Source of the DNA: Camelus ferus
Taxonomy: Eukaryota
Assembly (NCBI RefSeq): GCF_009834535.1
Contig: NC_045696.1
Location: 44,766,001 to 44,830,000, forward strand
Direction: 5' to 3'
DNA: 64,000 bases
Below, in pieces: positions 27,150 to 41,285 of the stretch (positions are counted from its first letter, which is position 1; the number at the start of each line of letters is the position of its first letter). The position numbers and the translations under genes were made by a program. A model generated the notes under the pieces. That model worked only from the letters and a program-made list of their open reading frames with translations, made no database searches and was not told the origin of the DNA.

Positions 27150-27750
27150 ATTTTTCTAGGTATTTTGTTATTGATTCTAACTTAATTCCATAGTGGTCAG
27201 AGAACACATGTTTTATGATTTTAATCCTTTTACATTTGAGGCTTGTTTTGTGACCCAACATATGTCTATCTTGCTGTCTGTAATATGTGTACTTAAAAAA
27301 GATTGTGTATTTTGCATTTGCTGGGTTATATTATATAAATATCAATTAGGAAAAAGTGATTTATAGTATTGTTTAGATTATGCACATCTGTACTGTGCTT
27401 TTGTGGCTATTTGTTATATCGATTGCTGAGAGAATGTTAAGAATCTCCAATTCTGATTGCAGAATTGTTTATTTTTCCCTCTAATTCTATACAATTTTGC
27501 TTTCATGGACCTTGAAGCTCTGTTACTAGGTTCATATCATATACATTTATGATTGCTGTATGTTCTTAAATATTTTTTATTATGAAATGCCTCTTTTATA
27601 TTAGTAATTCTCTTTGTTTGGGTCTATTTATCTGATACAAAATATCCATTGTACATTTCTTATGTTTGCTATTAGCACTGGTCGATCTTTTTCCATACAT
27701 CTATTTTGAAACTGTTTCTTTTTGTTTGGATTAAATAGCCGTACCTTGTG
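27150..27750 (-). mobile_element. Old L1 ORF2 endonuclease-region relic
   Basis: 'ttaattccatagtggtcagagaacac', 'ttgctgagagaatgttaagaatctccaa' and 'ttgaagctctgttactagg'. Confidence 0.85.
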
Positions 27751-28064
27751 AACTTAGTGTGAATCAGTCCCCTAAAATCTAATCACACTGGTCTATGTAT
27801 GCAAAGCTTTGAACAGATCCTGTACTATGGAGACTCCACTCAGTTGTCGCTAATCTATTCCTACCCCATACCAGGAACAATCTGGAATGTAACATTCATT
27901 ACTACCCCTCCTAACAATATGAGAATAGACATTTTGGTATAATCTGTTAACAGACAAAGATATCTGGAAAAGGTAGTGGAAGTAAGAATAATTTAAAAGT
28001 TTACTCATTCATTGGCCTCAAATTTCTGGTCTAATTGGTGTTTTTAAAGTTCTTGTTGCTGGAA

Positions 28065-28066
<2 letters not shown>

Positions 28067-28106
<40 letters not shown>
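28067..28106. repeat. (TG)20 microsatellite
   Basis: Perfect dinucleotide run. Confidence 0.98.
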
Positions 28107-28110
<4 letters not shown>

Positions 28111-29250
28111 GTGACATTTTTGAAACAGTTCCTTAGAAGTGGTCTGAAAAGGGAGCAGAATTCTTAACAGAAAATTATAGAGTTCAGATCCAAATCCCTC
28201 CAAAGCATGCTTCAGCATGGCAGACATCTGAGATTGTTCAAGGGGCATGCTAGGCTAACATGTAGCAAAAGATGTTCTCATTAGGATAAGAACTTTTCTC
28301 TTCTCCATACATAGAATAAAACTTGACTTTAGATTTTTTTAAACTTTTATGTGCTGTGACTTTGAACCTCTTTTGCTTATGAAATAAAGTTTCAGATAAA
28401 ATATATTTTTCTGAGAACAATTTATTCATGCTGGAAAGTGGTTACTAGAGATACAAGTGCTGTCATTTGTTCCCCTGGTCTTACACAGTAATTCAACAGA
28501 ATTGCTTGTTTGGGGATTCTTTCCTTTATTTCCACTGTAGTGAAAAGAAGGCACCAGAGAGTAAAACCCTGTTCTCTGATTGATGAGATTTTGTTCAGGC
28601 TGTGACAGTGCATAACTTCTCTCATTGCCCTGTCTGTTGACCCCCAGAGAAGCTGAAAGTAGCACAACCTTGGGACATAAGAAGTTCTGAACTCTGTTTT
28701 CTAATACTGCTTATGAGAATAGTAATCATCAGCAGTCATGATAGCCAGAAAGCTAAGAAAAAATTGGTGAGCTCGGGTTCTTAACGGGGCTAATAAAGCA
28801 AATGCCATAATAATGCTTAGCACTTATGTAAGACATATTTCGTTTTCTCAAACCAAAAACTAAGCACATAACTGTAGCTCATTATCTCCTTTTCCATGTT
28901 ACTCAATGATTGCAAGAGGATCTGGAGCAGACTTAGGTTATACATAGCTTAATGCTATTCATCTTCTCATACTGGGCAACAACTGGAGTTTCATTTTTTA
29001 CTGATGGAGTGATGCCTTTCCTTTCCTCTCTGAAGAGCATTCATAGCACAGATTATAGGTCACCAAGTAAAAAATGTAATGTTAGGCATTAAAAGGGCAT
29101 TTTATGAATGAATTGATGATAAAAGATGCATGTAATTCTAAATTAATAATTTTTCTTATCTTTTTCAATTCTACAAGTAGTCCAGGCTAAATACAGGTTT
29201 TATTTTATTATATTGTCTTTTTTTGATTGACTTACTGTAAAACGATTTGA

Positions 29251-29732
29251 TTTTTTTTCTTTTGAGATATAGTTGACATACAGTATTAATTAGTTTCAGT
29301 TGTACAAGATAGTAATTCAACATTTGTATACATCATATACATTGTGAAATGGTCACCACAAAATGTCTAGTGACCATATGTCACCTTACAAAGTTAATAC
29401 AATATTATGACTGTATTTCCCATGTTGTACATTACATCCCCATAACTTAGTTATTTTATAACTGAAAGTTTGTACTTCTTAATTCTTTTTACCCATTTTG
29501 CCTCCTCCACCCTCCTCCCCTCTGGTAACCACCAATCTGTTCTCTGTGTCTGTGAGTCTGTTTCTGTTTTGATTTGTTTGTTTTGCTTTTTAGATTCCAT
29601 ATATTGGTGAAATCATATGGTGTTTGTCTTCCTCTGTCTGACTTATTTCACTAAGTATAAAACCCTCAAGGTCCATCCAAGTTGTCACAAATGGCAAAGA
29701 TTTCATTCTTCTTTTTGGTTGAATAGTATTCC

Positions 29733-29790
<58 letters not shown>

Positions 29791-30918
29791 TCTTATTTAT
29801 CCATTCACCTATCTAAGGACATTTAGATAGGACATTTAGATTGCTTCCATATCTTGGCTATTGTAAATAATGCTGCAACAAACATAGCAGGATGCATGTA
29901 CCTTTTCAAATTAGCGTTTTTATTTTCTTTGGAAAAATACCCAGAAGTGGAATTACTGGATCGTATTGTAATTCTATTTTTAATTTTTTGAGGACCTGCC
30001 ATCCTGCTTTCCATAGTTACTACACTAATTAAAAATTCCATCAACAGTGCACTAGGTTTCCTTTTCTCTGCATTGTTGCCAACACTTGTTGTTTCTTGTC
30101 CTCTTGATAATAGTCGTTCTGACAGGTGTGAGGTGGTATCTCATTGTGGTTTTGATTTGCATTTTCTTGATGATGAGTGATGCCTGTTTTCATGTGCCTG
30201 TTGGCCATCTGCATGTCTTCTTTGGAAAAAATGTCTATTTAGATCCTCTGCTCATTTTTTAATTGAATTGTTTGTTTTTCTGTTATTAAGTTGTATGAGT
30301 TCTTTACATAGTTTAGATGAGTTCTTTACATAGTTTACCCCTTATCAGATACATGATTTGCAAATACCTTCTTTCATTCAGTAGGTTACCATTTTACTTT
30401 GTTGATGGTTTCTTTTACTGTGCAGAAGCTTTTTAGTTTGATGTAGTCCCATTTGTTTATTTTTGCTTTTGTTTCCCTTGCCTTTTGTAGTCAGATTAAA
30501 AAAAAATTGCTAAGACTGATGTCAAACAGCTTACTGCCTATGTTTTCTTCTAGAATTTTATGGTTTCAAGTCATCCCCTCAAGTCTTTAATCCATTTTGA
30601 GTTAATTTTTGTATATGGTATAAGATAATGGTCCAGTTTTATTTTTTTGCATGTAGCTGTCTAATTTTCCCAACACCATTTGTTGAAGAGACTGTCGTGT
30701 CCCCATTGTGTGTCCTTGCCACCTTCATCATAAATTAGTTGAACATGTTTGTGTGGGTTTATTTATGGTCTCTTTATTTTGTTCCATTGATCTTTGTGTC
30801 TGTTTTTATGTCAATACTATAGTGTTTTGATTACTGTAATATTTTATTTTATAGTTTGAAATCAGGGAGTGTGATACCTCCAGCTTTGTTCTTTCTCAAG
30901 ATTGTTTTGGGTATTTGG
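29251..30918 (-). mobile_element. LINE-1 3' portion (ORF2 C-terminal region plus 3' UTR), L1MA-like, 5'-truncated
   Basis: T-tail followed by continuous antisense L1: 'gtgtgaggtggtatctcattgtggttttgatttgcatt', 'gtgcagaagctttttagtttgatgtagtcccatttg', 'tgatacctccagctttgttcttt'. Peptides [14 protein letters not shown] and PFVTTWMDLEG. Confidence 0.95.
29736..29787. repeat. (AC)26 microsatellite inside L1
   Basis: Perfect dinucleotide run. Confidence 0.98.
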
Positions 30919-32169
30919 TATTAAATACCAATTTTAAATGGCACCTTTACCAAAAAGAACCAAACAGAAGAATATTTTTGTTTATTGAACCTCCCCATTT
31001 ATTTCATAAAGTGAATTAAGACATAGAGTTGCACAAATTTAGGGATGAGAGGTTTTCTTGATGGAAAAAAATAAAAGAAAGCTATTTTCCCTTTGTCTGT
31101 TGTTTGGGTATTAGTCTTTTTTTTTTTTTTAATAAAATCATAAAGCTGTTGTTTGAGCCATTTGACTGATTTATTAAAGACCGTTTATGTTTAAGTTCAA
31201 AATGAGAGTTAAATCTATTGGCTTCTTCACTATTAACTGAATAATTACATATCTGTTAATTAGAGAGTAAACAAGATTATTATTTGATAGGTTTTATAAC
31301 TTTAGACTAATTAACCCTGAAAAGCAAGTTTAATGGAAAACAAATTTTAAAATAGAGCCAGGAAATACTGCTTGAAACTTGATCATTCTTACTAATATTA
31401 ATTTATATTATATAGGAAGAAATTTTCTAAAATTTAAGAAGAATTTTTTAAAGAATAAATTAGGAAATTTTGAATTAGTATTATTATTAATACATAATTT
31501 GTCCATTTCAAAACAAATAAATCCAGTGAAGACCTCTAGAAGTGCCAGTTCATTTTGAGTATCACCACATAGCTGAGATCAGCCCATGGAGCTTACCTCA
31601 CAAGAAGGTTGAGACTGAATCTATTCCTATGGGTTTATCAATATGTTTGTGCAGCCTATATTATGTATTAAAACATAAGATTCATTTGAATTCATATGAG
31701 TTACAGAAATGTAACCTGCTAGTTAATTGAAGCTGCATGTTTCATGATGTGTAACCAAAATTTAGGGCCAAGTCTTTCTCTGTGAGTAATTAATTTTGAA
31801 AAACAGACATTATTCTTTTAGGAAAAATTGTACCCAAGAACATCTAAGCAGTTATAGCTACCTGGAGAGTAGAAAAGCCAAACTGGTCTTTGTGGAAACC
31901 ACTGAATTCCCTTTGTTACCATCTAAATTTCTTCTTCTTCTCAATCTGAAGAGATTAGTAGAAAATTAGATTAGAAATGAGTAAATAATCATTCATTACC
32001 TAGGTTTTCATTCTTCGGAAAGACTTCCTCGAGCCCCAGATCAGGTGAAGTACCTCTCATGTATGACTTTTCTTGGGACATAGTATGCTGATATGTATAT
32101 ATTTATATCTATACATTTGTCTCTCTCCATTTGTTACAAAATGTGCTAAATGAGGGTAGATACCATGTC

Positions 32170-32760
32170 TTATCATTCATTTGCTCACTCTTGTTCTATT
32201 CATTCATCAGTAAGTATTTATAGAGCACCTACTCTGTGTAAGGCATTACAGTGAACTGTGGTAGAGTGGGGAGATTGAGGATGGGACAAATGACAGGTTT
32301 CCATATAAGATGTTAAGGAAAATTTGTGATTGTGGCAGACTGAGGGTGGTAGGGTAATCTAGAGTGATACCCAAGTGCCCAGTTTGGTTGTCTGTATAGA
32401 TTGTTGAATTAGCAACCTAGTAGAAAATACCAGAGAAAAATTTCTTGCCTATGGATGACTAGAGTAAGGAGAACAAGAAAATAATGGGTTCAGTTTGGGC
32501 CATATTAAATTTAGGGTGTGTGTGAAACATTCAGCTGAAGAGGACTTGTGAGCAATTGCAAATATGGGTCTGGATCACAGGAGCATGGTCAAGTCTAAAT
32601 ATACAGACAGATCCCTGCAGCTGGATGTAGTTGGTTTACTTAAACAGCCAGGCAGGCAGGAAAGGAGAAGGGTCACTCAGAGAGGAAAGAAGAGTAGCAG
32701 GTACCATGAAACAAGGAATGCATATTATAGAACATATGTGACAAGTTACATTGAGATGAA
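32170..32760 (-). mobile_element. L2 relic
   Basis: Antisense tail 'cattcatcagtaagtatttatagagcacctactctgtg', plus 'ggttcagtttgggccatattaaattt' and 'gcaattgcaaatatgggtctgga'. Confidence 0.7.
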
Positions 32761-34235
32761 GGTGGGTGAAATGAAGTACATGTGGTGATGAACAATTTTT
32801 TACCAGATTTATAGTTTGCTGTATTCTGAATGTCAGAGCTTTGCCTGTCTGGGGTTTTACCAAACCCAATTAAGTTACAAGTGCTTTTTAGCGAGCTGTG
32901 GGTTCTTAAACAAGCCTCAATGTGTCTTTATATTTTACTTTATTTGTAAAAGTTAGAGAGTCAATAAAATGGCCCTTGTAGTGTCAATATTTTACATACA
33001 GTATTGGAAATAAGCAGGAAAGCATTCTTGATCAGAAGTAATTTCCTAGGGGATAAAAGTAGACAAATATAGCCATCATATGTCAAGTTCATATCATTTA
33101 TCAGAAAATCAGCCACACAAGAAAATGTTGAAATAGTGCAAATAGTAAAGTTCAAGAGCAACTTTTGCCGTGTTTGCTCTACTGGATGAATTACTTTCAT
33201 TCTATAACAACTGGGAAACCAAATCAAGAATATCTATAAGCAGGGTATTGATGATGTTTTCCTTCACAAGCTTCATTCAAATGGCACTTTATATGATTGT
33301 CACACCCAGGTCTCAAGGAAAAAGTTGTTAAATCTAAATGATTCCAGACAAACAAAGGTCAGTGAGTCACATTATTATTACTGGTCAATATTAATACATA
33401 ACCCCACGGTGGGGAAAAAGATGTTTGTTGAATTATACACAGTTAACTGTATTTAGCAAAACTCAAGATTTCTTAGCCAAAATCAGTGTGAATGAGTTTC
33501 AAGGTGTTGTCAGTACCACATAGACCCAAAGACATTAGTACATAGTAATATCAGGGTCCAGACAATCAGGAGAAGGGGAGAAGAGGTATTAACATCCAAA
33601 GACATTTGTACATGATGATAATTACCCCCAGGTCCTCAGGTTAATATGCTTTCAACATAAATATATGGAATGAACAGCCGTCGTGTATATGTGCCACCAA
33701 AATGAAAACTTTGCTCAAGCAGAGAAACAACTGGGAAGCTACTGACCCAGTACATGCTCAGACTATGGGAAAGCAAATACTTTACACCTAAGCCCATACA
33801 CAAACTTAAAATCAGGAAGAATTTCTTTAGAAGATAGTAGAGAATCTCAAAAACATTCTCAATATTTACCAAATGTCCCAAAAATATTTGCTTAAAAATT
33901 AAAATATACTAATCTCATATATCCCATGTTTAATGGTCAAATATTGAGTTATGAAAATCAACTCCAATTTACCTATGGAGATAAAAATAAAAGCAGTTTT
34001 TCTTCCAAAACCAAATGTTGTATCTCTAATGCAGCGTGAAAAGAAGCCTGGGGATGGTGCATCCAAATTACTGACATCAATGCTTATACACAGTTTGCTT
34101 CTGATCAAAAAATGCCATTGTGTTTTACTTTGGGTACTCCCTTGATATATGTTTGAGAGAAATCTTGTGATTACAGTCCTGAAAGGAACCCTAGTAGATA
34201 ATTTAGTTTATTTTTGATATGCTAGACAGAACTAC

Positions 34236-34237
<2 letters not shown>

Positions 34238-34271
<34 letters not shown>

Positions 34272-34355
34272 GTGTGTGTCTGTGTGCCTGTGTACAGGAG
34301 AGAGAGACAGAGAAAAGGAAGGGGGGGAGAAGGAAGAGAAGAAGAAAAGAGAGAG
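34238..34355. repeat. (TG)16 followed by degenerate TG and a purine-rich (GA) tract
   Basis: Direct reading of the sequence. Confidence 0.95.
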
Positions 34356-37197
34356 CTAGAGGTAAGAGCATCACATATAACCAAAAAATACAGAAGAAAT
34401 CCACCTGCTTCTATGCTTCCTGGAACTGTAGAAGACACACTAAGTCAATATGGATTTAAGCATTAGGTCTATAAGACGACTGATAGATGAGAGAGTTATG
34501 TCAACTATCCACCATTTATTATTCATTCCATAAATATATAGTACAGACCAACCATTTGGGTTATTAAGTGATAATCACTGGCACTAAAGAAATTATGTGT
34601 CTACCAGCCTTGGTTTTAAGTTAACCAATATGAAATTACCTATCTGTGATCAATTTTGTATTTTTGAAGCTAGTATTTGATCTACCACTGAGTGCTCTAG
34701 TGACAAACGTTCATTAACAACTTGTAAAGACAATTTAAGAAAAGCACAAATTTATATGAATCAAAATAATGCCATGGAAATTTAAGCTTTGTCTCTGTTC
34801 CACCAATTAGCACACATTATATTGATTTACCAAAAAGACAAATTCTTACAATCCATGTCAAGCAAGGGCTTACTCCTCTTCATGTTTCACCAGCTGCCAA
34901 AATAACAAGATCAAATCTCTTATTAGAAAGTTATTGCTTACAAACTTTTGTTTTGGATTAAATCATAGTTTCAATAACCTTTAACTAAACCATTAAAAAA
35001 GTTAATCTATTTGCAGCACCTTTGAACTTTTCTAAAATTAATGTTTTTAGATGGAAGCATTGATCCTCCCATGCTTCATAGAACAGCACCCTGCAGGGCA
35101 GTGTCATTACAGTGACAGTCCTACTGGGAGAGACACCAGTCCAGTTTATTGAATGAAGATCTTAATATTGTGATGGATACTTCTAAAGCTCAGCTTGATT
35201 TTATAAAAATGCTCCCATGCATAGTGGGCACTTGCTCCACTTAGTTATTTGAGGTGTTGTGGTGCTTACTGAATTTTCACATAAATGGCTATTTTCTGAA
35301 TTAGACTATTATATCAGTTTATAAAGCCTGATATACTTTGTACCTTCCAAGTGGGCATTTAACAAACTTCAGTTGTGTCTTTATATTAGACTTAACTGTG
35401 ACTCAGTAATTCTTTAATGGGGAGAGGAGTAGAAAGAGAGCAAATTGCATGACAAAGTCCACAAGGGGGAATGAGGACTTGTTTTTAATAAGGAGAGAAC
35501 GTGTTCTCCATCATTTTGAATTCTCATCTTATGCATCTTAGTGAGCATGCATCTGTTATAATTGCACCCGTTGTTTACCATGTAATTTACCACAGAACAG
35601 GATGCATTTATAGACAGTTACATTAATTCACTAGATATGGGGCATTTAGGAAGGTCAGCTTCTGATAGTTAACCAATCCAAAGGCATTCCTAAAAATATA
35701 AATGAAAAACTTGCTTCAGGAAATAGCTTTCATTTATCTTTCAACATTAATTTTCGAATTGGTTAGTATGAGGTCTAACTTGAAAATAGATGAATTATAT
35801 TTTTTAAATAAACACTTGCATTAAAAATCAGGTTATTTTTAACAGTGAATTATTCTTGTGCTATCTCTCTGAACAGAGCACAAGACTATTTATTTATTTA
35901 GTTGCTGTGCTAGGCTCAGATTCAAAATAGGTTACCAGTGAAGGGAGAGGATTTTTGCCTAGTTTTGCAAGAGTGTTATCTATAAGCCCTGTAAAAAGGA
36001 GCGCTTTCATTTGGAGAAACCAGCTAAGACTCAAGAGTCATAAATTTTGGAGGTGGATTTTTTTTAAAAAAAGAAATCTAACCATGCAAAATTATCTGGG
36101 GCCCACTGACATTTTTAATAAGAAGGCCTCCTCCCATTCTTTTTTTCCCTTGGCATCCATCTCCCAGATCCTTATGGAGAGTTATGCTTGAGGGAGATTC
36201 TAGGTCCATTATACTTTTTTATTACTAATTAGTGTTTAAACTTTAAGTCCTGTGTAATCTGTGCTCTTGGCTAGCTGGGCTGAATTCTGTCTAATGGAAT
36301 GTATATCTAAATAAGGACTAGACTAAAATCTAATTTTGGGGTCAACTCTTGTTCCCTTTCTTCTGGTTTATGTCATAGGCTTGTGAGAAGGAAGTGTAGG
36401 GTTCCTGCCCCATGCTCTCCTATTAGCTCTAAGGAAGAATGAGACAAAAGCAATACAAAGAGGACAAGTAATCTGAGAGCTATGAAAGATACCAAGAAAG
36501 AGGGGCGGGAAACAGAAGAGCTCTTAATTTTTCTTCCTTTCACCAGAAATCATAATCTCCTGCAATCATGCCTTTGTCGTGACTAACGTTAGTAGTTATT
36601 GTTAAGAGTTATGAGGTCAGAGATGTAGGTGAGGTTGAATTTTTTTGTCTAACCCCAGAGATACAACTAAAGACCTACAAGGCAGAGAGCTAGACCAGCT
36701 CATGAGAGCTAATGATGTAACGGGGAAAGTTTAAGTTGCTACATTAAGAAGAGTTCCTAGATTGAACCAGCAAAATTCAAGGAGCCTGCACAGAGTACCG
36801 CCAACCTAAATGACAAGGTCAACCCAGGCAGGAATGGAGACCAGGAGAACTCCAGGAGTAAATGAATAAAGCTTTAATTTAGACACAGGCCTAGTAGCAA
36901 AAATGGGCACCAAGTTCCTCGGAGATTTAAAAATCTATGATTCATGGCTCTAAATTAAGTTGAGTAATATATCTATTTATCTGCAACAAATTTATTTGAA
37001 CTCAGATATTTTTTCTTGAAGATAACAACATCTTGCGAAGGGTATGTCAGAAAATAAAAATACTCCATGAAGGCAGAAGGAAAAGTATTAAAGGGAAAAA
37101 CTGAGATCTAAAACTCAGAAAATCCTAATTTCTCCGATGATATTAATGAAAGTTCTTCATTGGAGAGCCTATTGTTGGAGAGTAGTATGTTCTAAAT

Positions 37198-37325
37198 CAG
37201 TGCTTCTCAAATTTAATGTGCAAAAGGATTTTGTGTGGATATTGTCAAAATTCGGATTCAGTAGGTCCTGCAGTGGGGGTGGTGCTGAGTTTCTTATCTC
37301 TGAGAAGCTTCCATGTGAAGTCAAT
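37198..37325. mobile_element. MER5-type hAT-Charlie MITE fragment
   Basis: 'cagtgcttctcaaatttaatgtgca...gattcagtaggtc...ggtggtgctgag'. Confidence 0.7.
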
Positions 37326-40300
37326 AAGTACTATCTTTTTTGCATATCCCAGTACATATTATATTCTGATGCTTTAAGGTGATAGAAAGCAAATCCATGT
37401 ATACCATATGTATTCATAAGTCAGATTTTTAGCAATGATTACAATAATATTCATCCAGAACTAGCTCTGTATCTATCCTTAAGCAAGGAGGAGAAAGTGT
37501 TGCCAGGACTTTGGTAATTAAAAAAAAAAAATTGAGTCTACTGATTAAGGTTCTTGTGTGAATAATTAAGACTGCTGGATTTTAAATCTCAGTTGTCTGA
37601 TTCCCCGTTATGATTTAGTTCGTTTTAGTGGAAGACAGTTTAGAAGAAACAAGGAGAGGAAGGGAAAATCATTAAACCAGACACACTAAAGAAATGATGG
37701 TTGACAGTATGGAGGAGATTGAAGATCAGGATCTGGGAAAATATAGCAATCCAGGAGGCGTTTAGTGGGTGGTCCAACACACTCAGACAACAGGGTACCT
37801 CCCAGGGAATCCATTCTCTTAAATACAGGACAATAATTATGACTGTGGTATCATCAAAAATAGGACAGATTATGCTTAGCCTATTACTAAGTTTGATAGA
37901 TAAATCATTGGAGTGTTCAATGCATTTTTTGATAAAATGCCACCCAGGATGTCAAAGCATGTTTTGCTAATACAGTTTTATAATTAAATGGGTATATTTT
38001 AGTTATCTTAAAATTTTTCTCATCCAGAACATTTCATTCTTCAGGGAAAGATATATAAAAGAGGTGTCAGTGTAAATATACACATTTATGCTGCCTTTAG
38101 GCATAATTCAACCTATTTCACTGGACTGAATATAAACTACATTCTCTGAAGACCGTCATGTTATAGAGAAAAGACTTATTACATAAAAAAAAAAAATTTA
38201 TCTGGGTATTTTTCCCCATACATCACTTGAACACATTTAGCTGGGTCACCACTTAATGATTTTCACCTGTGTTATTTTTCACATTCTGGTCATTGTGCCA
38301 GACTTTAGAAGTAGAATTAGTGCTGCTATCGGATCCTACCACTCAGATCTGATGCCAGTGCACGTTTTAAGATATTTTGTTTCCCCAGCAAAGTAACTAA
38401 GGAGTTGGGAAAAGTGAGGCTCAAAAATAAATCTTAGGCTGCAAATGGCCTCTCTCCTAAAGGTCTCCTTTATTAAGAGTTTCTAGGTTGCAAGTGTCTT
38501 CCTTATTTAGGCATTGTAGTCAAGTTTTTACCTCACATTTTCTACATACCAAATATTTGAGCCTCTTCTGTCCCTACCCTTTCACAAATAACTCAGTTGC
38601 TATCTTGTACCAGAAGAGTGATGTCAAATGACTGTACTCGATAGAATTATTTTAATACTTAATGAAAGAAATCTGGTAAATAAAGATATCTGCTTAGGTT
38701 TACTTTGTGACACTGAATCCTCTTAGCCTGTAGTGCATTTGAAAATGGAAGTTAAAGTATTATTCTTTCTTAAGTACACACTTGTGTCCAGTGATTCTTT
38801 ATTTCCTGTGTATTTTCTATTATTCGAGATGTAATTCTGTGTGTGTGTGTTGCTTTGCAGGAATGGTTGAGAAAAAAGCACGATATAGGATTTAGGATTG
38901 TGGTTCCTAAAGTTCTCTTCATGTAAAATTAAATTAAAAATATACTTCTATTGGACTGTTTCCTTCTTCATCATTTATTGAATTGGACTCAATAAATCTT
39001 GGATGTTCTTGGCACTAGCCTTTCTGAATAGCCATTATCTTTGACCCTGCATGGGCTCCTATAAATGAAAAATGAATTTCCACTGTCTGCAGTTTCTACC
39101 TAATGTTAACCTGTAATTTGAATACAAATTAACAGGGAAGAATTTTCCAGTGAAAAGCCAGCTTCTCACAGAATAGTACATACTTTGAACATCATGTGTG
39201 CTATACTTGTGTTTATACTCAGGGCACTTGTATAATAAGGGATATAATACTGCCATGAGAAGATATATTGAAAATGGCTGGGATATTTTGGAAAAATACA
39301 CTTGCCATTTATCACTTACATATAAAGCAGAAATTCCATCATTGGGAAATTTCAAATAGCTAAATTTATTGTGGGTAGTCTTTTGGTCAGAAAATGCCAG
39401 TTATTCTGTTAATGAAGTAAACTCTTCCCATGGTGTCCTAAGGAAAAAAAAGAATGGAGAATTTTTAAAAGGAGTAATGATGAGGTGTCTGATTTATTGA
39501 GATATTGATAGAACTCTTCTGTCAAAGTTTCTCATTATTCAAGTCAGTTCAATACTGCAATGCATCAGATGTCTAGAAATTTGAAAAGTTTGCCTGGAAG
39601 AAACAACTAAAAAGTGATGTCCATGAATTTATTGGGCCGGGGGAGTAAGAGATGATAGCCATCAAATACCTAATCATAATTTGATTTAAATGTGTTAGAG
39701 AATAGAAACAGTTTTGCCTTGATTTGTCTATATAAAGTGTTTATCTAACCAAAATAGAACTAGTGGCTAACATTAGGTTTGTAAGATATCATTAACCTAT
39801 GCTTATTTCCCTCTAGCAAGGTATATGGGTAGACATTTTCAAACTGATATCCAGAATATTTTGAACAGTCCTAGGGGGTAGCCTATTTGAATCAACATGG
39901 ACACTCTTAGAAGGAAAATGGAATAATAAATTGTTGATATAATGCTATCGTAAATTAGAAATGAAATAACTTGCTGACTTCTTGAGGTGTTAATTCTTCC
40001 TACTGAACACACAACATCGTCATTCAGAACTATGGAAACAAAAAAGGGAAAGGAAAGAAAAATATAAGAAAAAAATAGCAAGAAAAAAAAGGCATAGAGA
40101 TAGAATATTCTCTAAAAACTCACTTTTTTCATATCTAAATTCTAATCTGAACACAGGAAAGTTTAGAAGTTATACGCATTCTTCCTAGTATAGCTTAAGA
40201 TCATCCTATGAAAAGTAGGAAAATTGTTTTATGTTCTCAGTTATGCAAATTAAGTAATTAGCTTGACATTTTTGAGGTTCTATGCAAAATAAACTTCAAG

Positions 40301-40401
40301 TCAGGTATAAATATTAGGTATACATTTTCGATTACTGTTCTCAGCAATGTAATGTGGGGGAAGCGCTGTACTGAGTCATGAACTGTGAATTGTAGAAAGT
40401 C

Positions 40402-40477
40402 AGCATTAGCTGGCTGGATGGCCTTGTGTAAGTCATCTCCCATCTCTTGGTCTCTCATTCTTCAGCTGAGAAATGAG
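40402..40477 (+). mobile_element. MIR core fragment
   Basis: 'tagctggctggatggccttgtgtaagtcatctcccatctcttggtctctcattcttcagctgagaaatgag'. Confidence 0.5.
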
Positions 40478-40581
40478 TGATGTGGTTGTGTGTTGGAGGT
40501 TAGGGTCACTAGTAATATGTAAGCGATGAGAGTCTAAAGGTGTATGACCGAGCTAATGCCAATAAAATTGTAATGATGAGG

Positions 40582-41285
40582 ATAATAATAATAAAGTGAT
40601 CCCATTCATAAAGTAGCCGACTATGGTAAGCAGGATCATGACCAGACCTCAACCAGAGATGTCCACCGGCTCGTCCCTGGAACCCATGAATATGTTTCTT
40701 CACATGGCAAGAGGGACATTGCTGATGTGATTCATGTTAAGAACATTAGGATGAGGAGGAGATTATCCTGGACTGTCCCGGTGCCCCAACCTAATTACAG
40801 GAGTCGTTAAAAGCAGGAAAGCTTTGCTGCTTGCTTTCTGGCTTTGAAGATAAAGGGATGGGAGTGTAAGACAAGGAATATACTGCACACAGCTTCTAGA
40901 AGGCAGCAAGAAAATGGCTTCTCCCCCAGAACCTCCAGAAAGGAACACCACCCTGCTGACACCTTGATTCTAGCCCAGTGAGACCCAGCTCAGACTTCTG
41001 ACCTCCAGGAACTGTAAGATAATAAATTCTTATTTTTTTAGCCACTAGGTCTGTGGTTATTTGTCATAGTAGTGATGGAAAATTCTGATGTATCAGGCTG
41101 TCTGCTGAGGTAATTTAAATTCACTCATTTTGGCTTCCCAACAACTCTAAGAAATAAGGACTATCACTATCGCCAGTTTATACATGAGGAAACTGAGGTT
41201 TAGGATGTTTGAAAAATTTCTCAAGGGTAAAGTGTGTCAATGATGAAGCCAGCGTTTGATCCCAGGATTGTTTTGTCCAACTAAA
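40582..41285 (-). mobile_element. MIR split by the MLT1D insertion
   Basis: Left piece 'ataataataataaagtgatcccattcataaagtagccgac'. Right piece 'tatcaggctg...caacaactctaag...tttatacatgaggaaactgagg...tttgatcccagg'. Confidence 0.7.
40622..41092 (+). mobile_element. MaLR solo LTR, MLT1D-like
   Basis: 'agatgtccac...ccctggaacccatgaatatgtt...ggagattatcctgga...gctttgaagat...gacaccttgattctagcccagtgagacc...gacttctgacctccaggaactgtaagataataaatt...agccactag'. Confidence 0.92.

Noticed and set aside
34222..34466. Overlapping Cys/Val- and His/Thr-rich ORFs (also at 28018, 29590, 59114)
   Set aside because: Read-through of (TG)n/(CA)n microsatellites.
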